From the UHGV virus genome UHGV-0087839: a stretch of 37,264 bases of DNA; one strand, 5' to 3'. Of this stretch, positions 1-8,682 are shown piece after piece. The translations under genes and the position numbers were made by a program. This stretch comes from a virus. The notes below the pieces were generated by a model. It saw only the letters and a list, made by a program, of their open reading frames with translations. It was not told where the DNA came from and made no database searches. Position 1 is the first letter of the stretch; each line of letters opens with the position of its first letter.

Positions 1-18
1 TTACCTTGGCAACCGATT

Positions 19-40
19 GACGGGGGATTGCTCCCCCGTC
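19..40 (-). terminator. Stem-loop immediately 3' of the hok-like ORF (GACGGGGGA-TTGC-TCCCCCGTC); no clear U-tract
   Basis: Perfect 9-bp inverted repeat with 4-nt loop read directly from the sequence, 10 nt downstream of the ORF stop on the minus strand. Confidence 0.3.
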
Positions 41-49
41 GCGGTTTCC

Positions 50-190
50 TTACTGCTTACACTGTAAGAACGCCGCAAACTCCGCTCCCCAGAAGCTCAT
101 CCGTATTTCACACAGCGAACCGTGCAACATCCAGATGATGAGGATTGCCGTCACGCAGAACGTGATGGCCGTAAGCGATTTTTGCGACAT
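50..190 (-). CDS. hok: Hok/Gef-family type I toxin (46 aa), absent from the supplied ORF track
   Basis: Reverse-strand translation MSQKSLTAITFCVTAILIIWMLHGSLCEIRMSFWGAEFAAFLQCKQ: N-terminal hydrophobic helix followed by the SLCEIR...E.AAF motif typical of Hok/Gef peptides; stop is followed by a stem-loop. Confidence 0.6.
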   Translation of the reverse strand: MSQKSLTAITFCVTAILIIWMLHGSLCEIRMSFWGAEFAAFLQCKQ

Positions 191-320
191 AGCACTTGCT
201 CCTTTTCCGGAGAGGCGCTAACCTTTCACTTGTCAAGGTAATGCGGTTAGGGCCTCGGTTAAACAGAGATGTTTTCCGGGGCCTTTCCACATCTGGCCTT
301 CGGGTATTCCCTCCGACCAT
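108..320 (-). CDS. Possible mok-like overlapping reading frame upstream of and overlapping hok
   Basis: 70-codon ORF in a different frame, starting upstream of hok and ending inside it, matching hok/mok architecture; no sequence-level support beyond position. Confidence 0.3.
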   Translation of the reverse strand: MVGGNTRRPDVERPRKTSLFNRGPNRITLTSERLAPLRKRSKCYVAKIAYGHHVLRDGNPHHLDVARFAV

Positions 321-380
321 CAGCCGAAAGGCACCCGCGCGTAATCTATCGCTTTTTTGTTACTCCGGCAATTCTGCCTG

Positions 381-641
381 TTAATTCTGAGGTAAAGGCA
401 AGCTCATCTGATTGTTTCCCCTGTGTGAAGCTGGCAGCTCATGCCACGGGATACCTTCTGAAGAGTGAACGCCGGAGGTGTGTTTCGATGTGAATTTATG
501 GAAAGCTTCCAGTGTTGAGAAGCATACGCCGCATTCCAGATTGTTACACTGGTAATACTTTTGCCGTACGGTGTTTGAATCATTTTCCGGGCGACTAGTG
601 CGGATACGGGCAGATGCGCCACAAAGCGGACAACGGAACAT
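381..641 (-). CDS. ogr: Ogr/Delta-family zinc-finger late transcription activator
   Basis: Translation starts MFRCPLCGASARIRTSR...YYQCNNLECGVCF, i.e. CPLC...C..C zinc-finger pattern closely resembling P2 Ogr; GGGAGG ribosome-binding site upstream of the ATG. Confidence 0.85.
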   Translation of the reverse strand: MFRCPLCGASARIRTSRPENDSNTVRQKYYQCNNLECGVCFSTLEAFHKFTSKHTSGVHSSEGIPWHELPASHRGNNQMSLPLPQN

Positions 642-903
642 AGCGACCTCCCTTAACGTGGTGCAGTCACTATTCTAAGATTTACTTGCTCGGACTCCAA
701 CTGGCAGTTTGCGTAGCCAGAATGCAATCAAACCTGACAGTCCGCTTTGAGTTGTGAGTTCAACGGGTCGATGTCAGAAATGTCATTTTGCGATTGAATT
801 TCGCAATATTGAATTCTGTAAGAATGAAAAAGAATATATAGTGTTTATGGCTGTGACGGTGGCGGTCTTTTGTGTGTTTCACTGAGCGCCTGGGGAAAGA
901 TGT

Positions 904-926
904 AAAAAACCGCCCAGCGGCGGCTT
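904..926 (-). terminator. Rho-independent terminator downstream of the PRTase/SLOG-like operon
   Basis: On the minus strand: CCGCC-GCTG-GGCGG stem-loop followed by TTTTTT, about 30 nt after the stop of the 954..1511 gene. Confidence 0.5.
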
Positions 927-953
927 TGACTACAGAGAAAAAAGATTTGCACG

Positions 954-1511
954 TCAGATTAGGGCTATCTGCTGATTATTTAGCTTCTCCAATCTTTCAG
1001 ACAGTTTTATCTTATCTTCAACTTTTTCCAGCGATGATGCTGACATAAAGCTAATCAGCTTATCAATATCTTTAGGTTCTTTGATAAGAACAAACTCCCT
1101 TGTCTTATTAATGAAAACAGCTGAGTTTTTCTTTCTTGATAGCAACTCAATGACGTTGCTCAGTGTTCCCGGACTTTTTGTATCCCAAACCATAAGGCCA
1201 CAGTCTGCTGTTTCTGCCATCTTTATATCTTTGGCTGTGTAGAAATCTCGAGTTCCGGGTCGGAAGTTTGATTTAACGAGTTTCACGGGCCATGCACCAA
1301 AATTGTTTCGTGGCTTGGCATCACTAGTGAACACAGTGGTTGCGCTATAACCCAATTGTTTTAGTTCCAGCTGTACGGAAGAGTCAACGCCAGAGGCGTC
1401 ACCGACGATAACATTAAAGTTCTTGTCAACAATCTTCTTTAAGCGCTCAACGATAAGCGGGTCGAGCTTTTTAATGGTTATCGAGCCAGCAACGAAAACT
1501 GTCGTTGTCAT
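954..1511 (-). CDS. Rossmann-fold protein with SLOG/DprA/LOG-like signature (tentative); second gene of accessory cassette
   Basis: 185-aa ORF; N-terminal VFVAGS...VIVGDASGVD glycine-rich strand-loop pattern resembling DprA/YpsA/LOG (SLOG) nucleotide-binding domains; AT-rich relative to phage backbone; GGAG ribosome-binding site 6 nt upstream of the ATG; start 2 nt after the stop of the upstream gene. Confidence 0.6.
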   Translation of the reverse strand: MTTTVFVAGSITIKKLDPLIVERLKKIVDKNFNVIVGDASGVDSSVQLELKQLGYSATTVFTSDAKPRNNFGAWPVKLVKSNFRPGTRDFYTAKDIKMAETADCGLMVWDTKSPGTLSNVIELLSRKKNSAVFINKTREFVLIKEPKDIDKLISFMSASSLEKVEDKIKLSERLEKLNNQQIALI

Positions 1512-1513
1512 GG

Positions 1514-2101
1514 TTATCTCCAGGTTAGTGCTGCTACATAAATTTTATTGATTTTATTATAACCGCGTAACGCTGTAACTGCAGCTTCCATGGATGCTCC
1601 TGTATGGAAGAGATCATCAACGATGAGGGCATTAAAAGGGCCATCCCCGACAATTTGGTTTTGATAAGAAAAAGCGTCAGCAACAGCAGCTTCTTTCTCT
1701 TCTTTAGTGTTCAGATTTTTCAAAGACACGCCACCAGGTGCTTTGATTAATAACTCATTGAAGCTAAACATGTTATTTCCCATTTTTGATGCCAGAGCGT
1801 CAGTAATTGCTGTCACGGGTTGAATTTTTCGAACATTTGAAGCTGCCATTGGGATGATTAATTGTATGTTTTGAAAAAGAGGCACAGCATTAACTAATAG
1901 GCACTGGGCAAGCGCATCAACTTGGTCCATGTCATTTTGATATTTTAACTGGTATACGGCTTCTCCAACCTCCGTGCGATCGTTTTGAAACATAGGCTTG
2001 CCATACTCGTTATCACCTAAATAAGTACTCTTAATCAAATGCTTATCCATCGCGTAACCTAAATCCCAGTTACCCGTAATTGGCTTGATGTTTACTTTCA
2101 C
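1514..2101 (-). CDS. Phosphoribosyltransferase (PRTase, ComF-like) domain protein; first gene of accessory cassette
   Basis: 195-aa ORF with C-terminal PRPP-binding signature ALIVDDLFHTGASM (hydrophobic-DD-hydrophobic-x-TGxT); GTG start preceded by AAGGAAAG; AT-rich. Confidence 0.75.
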   Translation of the reverse strand: MKVNIKPITGNWDLGYAMDKHLIKSTYLGDNEYGKPMFQNDRTEVGEAVYQLKYQNDMDQVDALAQCLLVNAVPLFQNIQLIIPMAASNVRKIQPVTAITDALASKMGNNMFSFNELLIKAPGGVSLKNLNTKEEKEAAVADAFSYQNQIVGDGPFNALIVDDLFHTGASMEAAVTALRGYNKINKIYVAALTWR

Positions 2102-2334
2102 TACGCTTTCCTTGTTTGTTGTAATTGTTAATGAAGATACGCTAATTGGGAGTAATCCTAAAAGAAATCTTTAGTGAATTGTGAAGGCCGTTCGATCTTA
2201 TAGGGGAATTGAGTATTTTCTATTGAAGTACAATAGTTAGTGTCCGATCTTGGCATAGAGCGAACTGTTAGATTAGGTTTGGTTCTGTGCCGTAAGCGTG
2301 TCAGCTCTGAGCTGGGCTAATGCATCTAAATTGC

Positions 2335-3444
2335 TCACTCTGTTTCTGCTATCCATTCCGGGATTTTTGCTTCAAGCTCAAGCCGCGTGGTAAAACCGCT
2401 GTTATCAATAGAGTGCTCCGCTTTTGCAATAATCCAGTCCTGATTATCAATGTCGCTTTTGAAGCCTGTCACCGTGCCATGCATTTCGGGGTAGAGTTCT
2501 GCGCGGCCACGCGCCAGCGTGATGGAAAAAGATGCCGCTCCGCGCTGTAGCTGCTGCCACTTTGCAGCTGCTGCGCGCCTTGCTGCCTGCTCGTTCTGAT
2601 AAGTCTTGCGTAACACAAACACATTGCCTTCCGCGCCTTCCATATAATCACCTTCACGGCTGCTGCTTTTCTCCTTTTTGGGTTTTGGCGGTTTACGGCG
2701 TTTCACGCTGACTTTTTTCTTTTTCCCGTAATTAAGATCAAGCCAGTAGGCGCGTACCCCCGTATACGCCTCGCGGTCAGCAATGCGGAACTGATGGCGA
2801 TCGCCGCTGCTGCGTGTGATGGCGAACGATGGCAACGGCTGGCCCTGTGCGTTCACGCCACCGCCTGGCATGATGAATAACAGATTACCGCTTTTTACCG
2901 TGGTGATTGCGCCCAGCATTTCCGCCATGCGCGTAAGGAAGGACATGTCGCTTTCTTCGGTCTGGTCGGCGTGGTCGATTTCGATATCCATCAGCATTTC
3001 GCTGATTTGCGGTTTCAGACCGTACCGATGAGCGATGGCGGATACCACGCGCTCGACGGTCACATCATGCCAGGACACCTCACGTTTAACGTTAAATTCA
3101 TCCCGAAAATCTGCGCTTCTGGCTGAAACAGTCAGCCTGTCCGGCGGTCCTTCGTGAGCGATTTCATCAACAATGTAAGTGCCTTTTTCTGTCAGCGGTT
3201 CTCCCTTCCAGCCAATGAGAACCGTCAGGCGCGCGCCCCGTGGCGGTAGCTGCAACTGACCATCCGCATCATCCAGCGTGATGGTGAGCTGGTCCGCCTC
3301 AAATCCCCGGTTGTCGGTCAGTGACAGGCTCATCAGGCGCTCTGCCACGCCTGACAGCGTTTTACCCTCCGCGAGAATATCAAAATCCGGCATTTTTACG
3401 GGGTCTGTGCCCTGACTGAGCAATTGCATGGTGGTGTCGGTCAT
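2335..3444 (-). CDS. D: P2 gpD-like tail protein (late gene D)
   Basis: Translation closely resembles P2 gpD; start placed at the internal ATG (MTDTTMQLLSQ...) preceded by GGGAGGGAG; the track ORF extends further upstream to 3576. Confidence 0.85.
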   Translation of the reverse strand: MTDTTMQLLSQGTDPVKMPDFDILAEGKTLSGVAERLMSLSLTDNRGFEADQLTITLDDADGQLQLPPRGARLTVLIGWKGEPLTEKGTYIVDEIAHEGPPDRLTVSARSADFRDEFNVKREVSWHDVTVERVVSAIAHRYGLKPQISEMLMDIEIDHADQTEESDMSFLTRMAEMLGAITTVKSGNLLFIMPGGGVNAQGQPLPSFAITRSSGDRHQFRIADREAYTGVRAYWLDLNYGKKKKVSVKRRKPPKPKKEKSSSREGDYMEGAEGNVFVLRKTYQNEQAARRAAAAKWQQLQRGAASFSITLARGRAELYPEMHGTVTGFKSDIDNQDWIIAKAEHSIDNSGFTTRLELEAKIPEWIAETE

Positions 3445-3601
3445 CTGCTCCCTCCCTGTGTGGCATGGTCGCATGTGCGTGCGGAGGGGGTTACTGCTTT
3501 TTGTTGTCGCCGTGGCGGGAGAATGGCGCAGGGGTGAGATTACGCGCGTGGTGGGTGATGATTGTTGCCGAATCATTTAACGGATACAAGGGGCTGAAGC
3601 T

Positions 3602-4786
3602 ATGAGTGAAACTCGTTTTCATGGTGCCCGTGTTACGGAAAATACCGACCTGGTAACAGCGATTAACGATGTTGATTCCAGCGTTATCGGTATCGTGGCA
3701 ACGGCGGATGATGCGGACGCGAAGCTGTTCCCGCTGAACAAGCCCACACTGCTGACCCGCGTCAATGACGTGCTGGGAAAATGCGGGACAACGGGGACGC
3801 TTTATCGTGCGCTTAAGGCCATCGCAGACCAGGTGAGCACAAAGGTGATCGTCGTTCGCGTGGCTGAACACAAAGAAGAAGACGGAAAGACGCAGGATCA
3901 ACTGGTTATCGGTGGTTCTGAGGATGACGGCAGCTATACGGGGATGTATGCGCTGCTTGTTGCAGAGCTGGATGAAAGCATCGGATACCGTCCGCGTATT
4001 CTGGCCGCGCCGGAGCTGGACACGGAGGCTGTAACAAAATCCCTGTGCGTGATTGCAGGTAAACTGCGCGCGTTTGTGTATGCCTCATGTCACAGCTGTA
4101 ACACGATGGCTGAGGCGATTACCTACCGCCAGAAATTCAACGAACGTGAGGTGATGCTCTTATGGCCGGACTTCATCGCCTACAACCCGAAAAGTGGCAA
4201 AAACGAAACGTTCCCCGCGCCTGCCTATGCGTGCGGCCTTCGTGCGTACATTGACCATGAGCAGGGATGGCACAAATCACTGTCCAACGTTCCGGTTAAA
4301 AATGTGCTGGGGATGTCGAGGCATGTGTTCTGGTCGTTGCAGGCCGAAGACAGCGATGCCAACAGCCTCAACAACAAAGAAATCACGACCATTATTCGTC
4401 GCAACGGGTTCCGCTTCTGGGGCAACCGCACACCGGAAACGAACGCCTACATCTTTGAGGTGTATACCCGAACCGCACAGGTGCTGGCTGATTCAATTGC
4501 GGAAGCGCAGTTTGAAACCATCGACAGTCCACTGACGCCTGCGAACGTGAAGGATGTTATCAGTGCCATCAGGGCAAAACTGGATTCACTGGTTACTGCC
4601 GGGAAACTGATTGGCGCGGAGTGCTGGTATGACGTGGTGGATAACAGCACCACGGATTTACGTCAGGGGCGTGTGCGTATTCGCTACAAATATACGCCCG
4701 TTCCGCCACTGGAAGACATGGAGCTTTACCAGACGTTTACTGATGAATACTTTGAACCCGCATTTGCGGTTCTGGGAGGTGCCTGA
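3602..4786 (+). CDS. FI: Contractile tail sheath protein (P2 FI-like)
   Basis: 394 aa; long collinear similarity to P2 FI (e.g. FPLNKP, LRAF.Y, WPDF, GWHK.LSNV, IRR.GFRFWGNRT, YTPVPPLE). Confidence 0.9.
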   Translation: MSETRFHGARVTENTDLVTAINDVDSSVIGIVATADDADAKLFPLNKPTLLTRVNDVLGKCGTTGTLYRALKAIADQVSTKVIVVRVAEHKEEDGKTQDQLVIGGSEDDGSYTGMYALLVAELDESIGYRPRILAAPELDTEAVTKSLCVIAGKLRAFVYASCHSCNTMAEAITYRQKFNEREVMLLWPDFIAYNPKSGKNETFPAPAYACGLRAYIDHEQGWHKSLSNVPVKNVLGMSRHVFWSLQAEDSDANSLNNKEITTIIRRNGFRFWGNRTPETNAYIFEVYTRTAQVLADSIAEAQFETIDSPLTPANVKDVISAIRAKLDSLVTAGKLIGAECWYDVVDNSTTDLRQGRVRIRYKYTPVPPLEDMELYQTFTDEYFEPAFAVLGGA

Positions 4787-5298
4787 TGGCTGTGCCAAAA
4801 CATCTTCGCTTTTTTACGCTGTTTGTGGATGGAGAAAACGAAGTGGGTAAGGTGACGTCCGTCACTCTGCCCAAACTGACGCGCAAAACCGACAGCTACC
4901 GGGGTGGTGGCATGATGGGGGCGGTAAGTATTGATCTCGGTCTGGACGACTCTGCGCTTGATGCGAGCTTTGTCATGGGGGGCGCAGTTCGTGAGCTGTT
5001 CCTTAAGTATGGCGGCACGATTGACGGCACGCTGCTGCGTTTTGCGGGTGAATACTACACCGATGCAGAAAGCGACCTGTATGAAGTCGAAATGCGCGGA
5101 CGTGTGACGGAAATTGATATGGGGGAAGCCAAACAGGGCGAAGCCACATCACACACTTACGCCATTAAAAACACCTACTACAAGCTGAGTGTTAACGATC
5201 GCCCGTTGTGGGAGATTGACCTGCTGAACTTCATTTACCGGAAGGACGGCAAGGACATTGTGCCCGATCGCATCCGTTCCGCGCTTGGGCTTGGCTGA
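4786..5298 (+). CDS. FII: Tail tube protein (P2 FII-like)
   Basis: 170 aa, immediately follows FI with overlapping stop/start; size and position match P2 FII. Confidence 0.85.
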   Translation: MAVPKHLRFFTLFVDGENEVGKVTSVTLPKLTRKTDSYRGGGMMGAVSIDLGLDDSALDASFVMGGAVRELFLKYGGTIDGTLLRFAGEYYTDAESDLYEVEMRGRVTEIDMGEAKQGEATSHTYAIKNTYYKLSVNDRPLWEIDLLNFIYRKDGKDIVPDRIRSALGLG

Positions 5299-5352
5299 TA
5301 AGTAATATGCAGGCGGCGCAGTGCGTCGCCTCTGACTGAAAGGAGTTTCCTG

Positions 5353-5718
5353 ATGAAAGAGACGAAAAACATCGATACCGAAAACACGGTAGTTACTGAC
5401 ACTGTGAAAGAAACCAGTGAGCGTGGCGTAAAACTTACCCAACCAATTGAGCGAGGCGGCGAAAAAATCACGTATGTGGAGATCACCGGGGCTATTGAGC
5501 AGGCTGGATCTCTGCGAGATTTGTCGCTGTCTGATGTGCTGAATCTGAAAGCGGAATCCATGTTTACGCTGCTGTCACGCGTGACATCACCGCGACTGGA
5601 TGAAGTGACGATCAAAAAAATGGCATCCCGTGACTTTATTCAGTTATGTGTGGTTGCCGTAAATTTTTTGAGCGGTGCGGACTCTGGCGGGAAGAACGAA
5701 CAGGCGACGGAAGCCTGA
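5353..5718 (+). CDS. E: Tail assembly chaperone gpE
   Basis: 121-aa ORF between tube and tape-measure genes; contains slippery TTTTTTG near its 3' end. Confidence 0.75.
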   Translation: MKETKNIDTENTVVTDTVKETSERGVKLTQPIERGGEKITYVEITGAIEQAGSLRDLSLSDVLNLKAESMFTLLSRVTSPRLDEVTIKKMASRDFIQLCVVAVNFLSGADSGGKNEQATEA

Positions 5719-5882
5719 TCACGGTTGTGTGCTTTGAGCACATAGAAGACTATGTGGCAGATATTGCCGTTATTTTTAACTGGTCGCCCGCCGAAATCTT
5801 CATGATGACGCCCGGCGAAGTGGTTAGCTGGCGTGAGCGGGCGGCACTTCGCAGCGGGAATGCAGATAATGAAGACTCTTGA
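5646..5882 (+). CDS. gpE' extension frame (expressed as E+E' by -1 frameshift)
   Basis: ORF in the -1 frame relative to E, overlapping the E 3' end and ending just after the T start; canonical P2 E/E' arrangement. Confidence 0.65.
   Translation: MCGCRKFFERCGLWREERTGDGSLITVVCFEHIEDYVADIAVIFNWSPAEIFMMTPGEVVSWRERAALRSGNADNEDS
5664..5670 (+). other. Programmed -1 ribosomal frameshift slippery site TTTTTTG (E to E')
   Basis: Heptamer T-TTT-TTG positioned so that the E frame reads AAT-TTT-TTG and the E' frame reads TTT-TTT-GAG. Confidence 0.6.
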
Positions 5883-8676
5883 CATCCGGGTCGCTTTCAG
5901 CGCCGTTGACAGGCTGACCCGGCCTGCCGAAAACGCCCGCCGCCTGATGGGGCAGTTTGGTGACTCCATCCAGCGAACGCAGGGGGCGATCAAAAATCTC
6001 GAGCGTCAGGCGCGATCATTTGAGCGCGCCCGCGACGCTGTCAGTAAAGCGGATGCTGGCATCGTGAAAGCACGACGCCAGCTTAACGCCCTTAATCAGT
6101 TACAACGCACGGGTACAGTGCTCAGCGAAAAACAACAAAAGCTGATGCAGCAGTTAAGCACCCGGCTTGAACGCCTGAATGAATCGCGCACACGGGAAAT
6201 TCAGAAAATGCGGGAACTTGGCGGAGAGCTGAAACGCCACGGCATTTCCCTGACAGGCAGCGATAACACCATCCAGCAGGCCATCAGACGCACCGAACAG
6301 TACAACAACCAACTTGAACGCGAACGGCAGGCGCTTGCGCGTGTAACGCGGGCGCGTGAGCGGTATTCGCGCGCGCAGGAAACCGCGGGAAAACTGAAAA
6401 CAGGTGGTGCGCTGGCAATTGGTGCTGCAGCGGCTGGCGGCTATGCTGCTGGGCGTTTTTTGCAGCCTGCGATCGGGTTCGGCAAAGAGATGTCCCGCGT
6501 TCAGGCACTGACGCGAATCGACAAAAACAGCCCGCAGTTTAAGGCGCTGCGTGAGCAGGCGTTAAAACTTGGTTCTGAAACACAGTTTACTGCGAGTGAT
6601 GCCGCCAGTGGGCAGAGCTTTCTGGCAATGGCTGGTTTTACTCCGCAGGCCATTCAGGCCGCATTGCCCGGTGTTCTTAATATGGCGCTGGCAGGTGGCG
6701 TCGAACTCGGCGAGACGGCGGATATAGGCTCCAATATCCTCACACAGTTCAACCTGACAGCCGATCAAATGGACCGGGTGGGCGATACGCTGACAGCGGC
6801 ATTCACCCGGACCAATACTGATTTACGCGCGCTGGGCGAAACCATGAAGTATACCGGTCCGGTTGCCGCAAAACTTGGTATCAGTCTTGAAGAAGCGGCA
6901 GCCATGGCCGGGATGCTTGCCAATAATGGTCTTCGTGGAAGCGATGCTGGTACGGCCATGCGCGCAAGTCTGTCCCGCCTTGCATCACCGCCAAAAGCTG
7001 CGGCTGATGCGCTGAAAGAGCTGGGGGTGTCAGTTGCTGACGCCAGAGGCAAAATGCGCCCGATGGAGGATGTGCTGCTTGATCTCTATAAGGCGACACA
7101 AAAATACGGACAGGTGGACCAGGTCTCCTTCTTCAAGGACATCGCCGGAGAAGAGGCGTTCGTTGGTTTGCAGACGCTTGTTGCGGCGGCTGGTTCAGGA
7201 GAGCTGCAAAAACTGACCAGAGAATTGCAGGGGGCAAGGGGAGAGGCCGATCGCGTTGCAAAAGTAATGGCCGATAATCTTGATGGGGACCTGAAAAATC
7301 TCGACAGCGCATGGGAAGGTCTTCGTATTCGCATCAGTGATCTGGTTGACGGTCCGCTGCGTTCTGTCACGCAGTGGCTCACGTGGGTGCTTGAAAAAAT
7401 CACCTCGCTGGCGCAGGCCCATCCGGTACTGACGCGCCAGCTACTGATAGCAGGCGGTGCGTTGCTGGCAATGACTGCAACGGTTGGCTCGTTGTCGCTG
7501 GCTATTGGTGTGCTTGCTGGCCCGCTGGCAAAACTGCGTCTTGGCTTTTCCCTCCTGACCGGTTCAATGAATGCTGTCAGACTCCTGCCAGCACTATGGG
7601 GAATGGTGACGGGTTCCGTTTCGTTACTGGGGGGCGCTATCGGGGCGTTGTTCAGTCCGGTCGGTCTTATCGTGGCTGCGCTTGCCGGAGCTGCCGTTCT
7701 CATCTGGAAATACTGGGATCCCATCAGGGCATTTTTTGCCGGGGTGTTCAGCGGGATTATGGAAAGGCTGACCCCGTTGCGCGAAACCTTTGAACGGTTT
7801 GGTCCTGTTTTTGACGCAATCGGAAGCGGGATCAGCCAGGTGTTTAACTGGTTTAAATCGCTGTTGTCACCGATGGAGTCCAGCAAGGAAACGCTGGATA
7901 AATGTACCAGTGCTGGCGAGATATTCGGTAACGTTCTTGGCGGTGCGTTACAACTTGTTCTGACACCTGCAAAAATGCTACTGGATACGCTGGCGTGGAT
8001 ACTTGAAAAACTTGGCGTCCTTCCGGATGAAGCGGAAAGGGCGCGCAAGAAAATCGAAGACGCACAGCGTGCGGCCATTCTTCAGGACAAGGTTGCCTTA
8101 CTTCAGGGGGACCTGGCGAAAATCAATCCACCTAAGCCTGTGGAAAATGGCAATGGCACCGGAGGTGATAAACCCAAAGACAACAAACCGCTCACAGACA
8201 GCAATACTGGGACGCTACGCAGACTCAGCAAAATTGCTGATAACACAGGTAAGTTGGTTGATGAGACGAAAAAACGCATTGGCCCCGGCGATATTGTCTT
8301 TAAGAACCTGCCCCGCGCACTTGCTGTTCGTGGGGAGTGGCAGGAGCGGAAGATTGCACAGGTCAGTAAGCCTGCCCCCGCAATTAATATCACCCCCGTG
8401 GTCCCGGCTCCGCTGCCTCCGGCGCTGGTCCCTGTTGTTGCGGCCAGCTCCCGCCCGGTGGCGGAGGCCATACGATCTCCAGTGGCATCAGTTCCTGTAA
8501 CTTCCCGTAACCGGGAGCCTGTTGCCTCCGGATTTGGTGGTGAAATTCATGTTCATCTGCATAACGTTGTTACGCAGAATCCCCGCGAACTGGCGAAACT
8601 GGTCGGTGAAATGGTCAGGGCAGAAATGGAACGGCGCGCCCGTGCCGGGCGTGGCAGTTTTTACGATAAAGATTGA
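5863..8676 (+). CDS. T: Tail tape measure protein gpT
   Basis: About 940 aa, coiled-coil-rich N-terminus and Gly/Ala-rich hydrophobic central segments typical of tape measure proteins; lies between E/E' and U. Start approximate (ATG at 5863 or 5872). Confidence 0.85.
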   Translation, partial: QIMKTLDIRVAFSAVDRLTRPAENARRLMGQFGDSIQRTQGAIKNLERQARSFERARDAVSKADAGIVKARRQLNALNQLQRTGTVLSEKQQKLMQQLSTRLERLNESRTREIQKMRELGGELKRHGISLTGSDNTIQQAIRRTEQYNNQLERERQALARVTRARERYSRAQETAGKLKTGGALAIGAAAAGGYAAGRFLQPAIGFGKEMSRVQALTRIDKNSPQFKALREQALKLGSETQFTASDAASGQSFLAMAGFTPQAIQAALPGVLNMALAGGVELGETADIGSNILTQFNLTADQMDRVGDTLTAAFTRTNTDLRALGETMKYTGPVAAKLGISLEEAAAMAGMLANNGLRGSDAGTAMRASLSRLASPPKAAADALKELGVSVADARGKMRPMEDVLLDLYKATQKYGQVDQVSFFKDIAGEEAFVGLQTLVAAAGSGELQKLTRELQGARGEADRVAKVMADNLDGDLKNLDSAWEGLRIRISDLVDGPLRSVTQWLTWVLEKITSLAQAHPVLTRQLLIAGGALLAMTATVGSLSLAIGVLAGPLAKLRLGFSLLTGSMNAVRLLPALWGMVTGSVSLLGGAIGALFSPVGLIVAALAGAAVLIWKYWDPIRAFFAGVFSGIMERLTPLRETFERFGPVFDAIGSGISQVFNWFKSLLSPMESSKETLDKCTSAGEIFGNVLGGALQLVLTPAKMLLDTLAWILEKLGVLPDEAERARKKIEDAQRAAILQDKVALLQGDLAKINPPKPVENGNGTGGDKPKDNKPLTDSNTGTLRRLSKIADNTGKLVDETKKRIGPGDIVFKNLPRALAVRGEWQERKIAQVSKPAPAINITPVVPAPLPPALVPVVAASSRPVAEAIRSPVASVPVTSRNREPVASGFGGEIHVHLHNVVTQNPRELAKLVGEMVRAEMERRARAGRGSFYDKD

Positions 8677-8682
8677 GGAGTC

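Noticed and set aside
196-493. Short plus-strand ORFs (62 and 74 aa) near the left end
   Set aside because: No start context or recognisable motifs; the region more plausibly holds hok regulatory RNA elements and the ogr 3' end on the opposite strand.
3491-3901. 136-aa minus-strand ORF overlapping the D-FI intergenic region and the FI start
   Set aside because: Overlaps the well-supported FI start and the probable late promoter; no conserved features.
7086-8078. 330-aa minus-strand ORF inside the tape measure gene
   Set aside because: Antisense to a well-supported long gene in GC-rich DNA; the translation is a low-complexity Ala/Ser/Pro/Arg-rich artefact with no start context.
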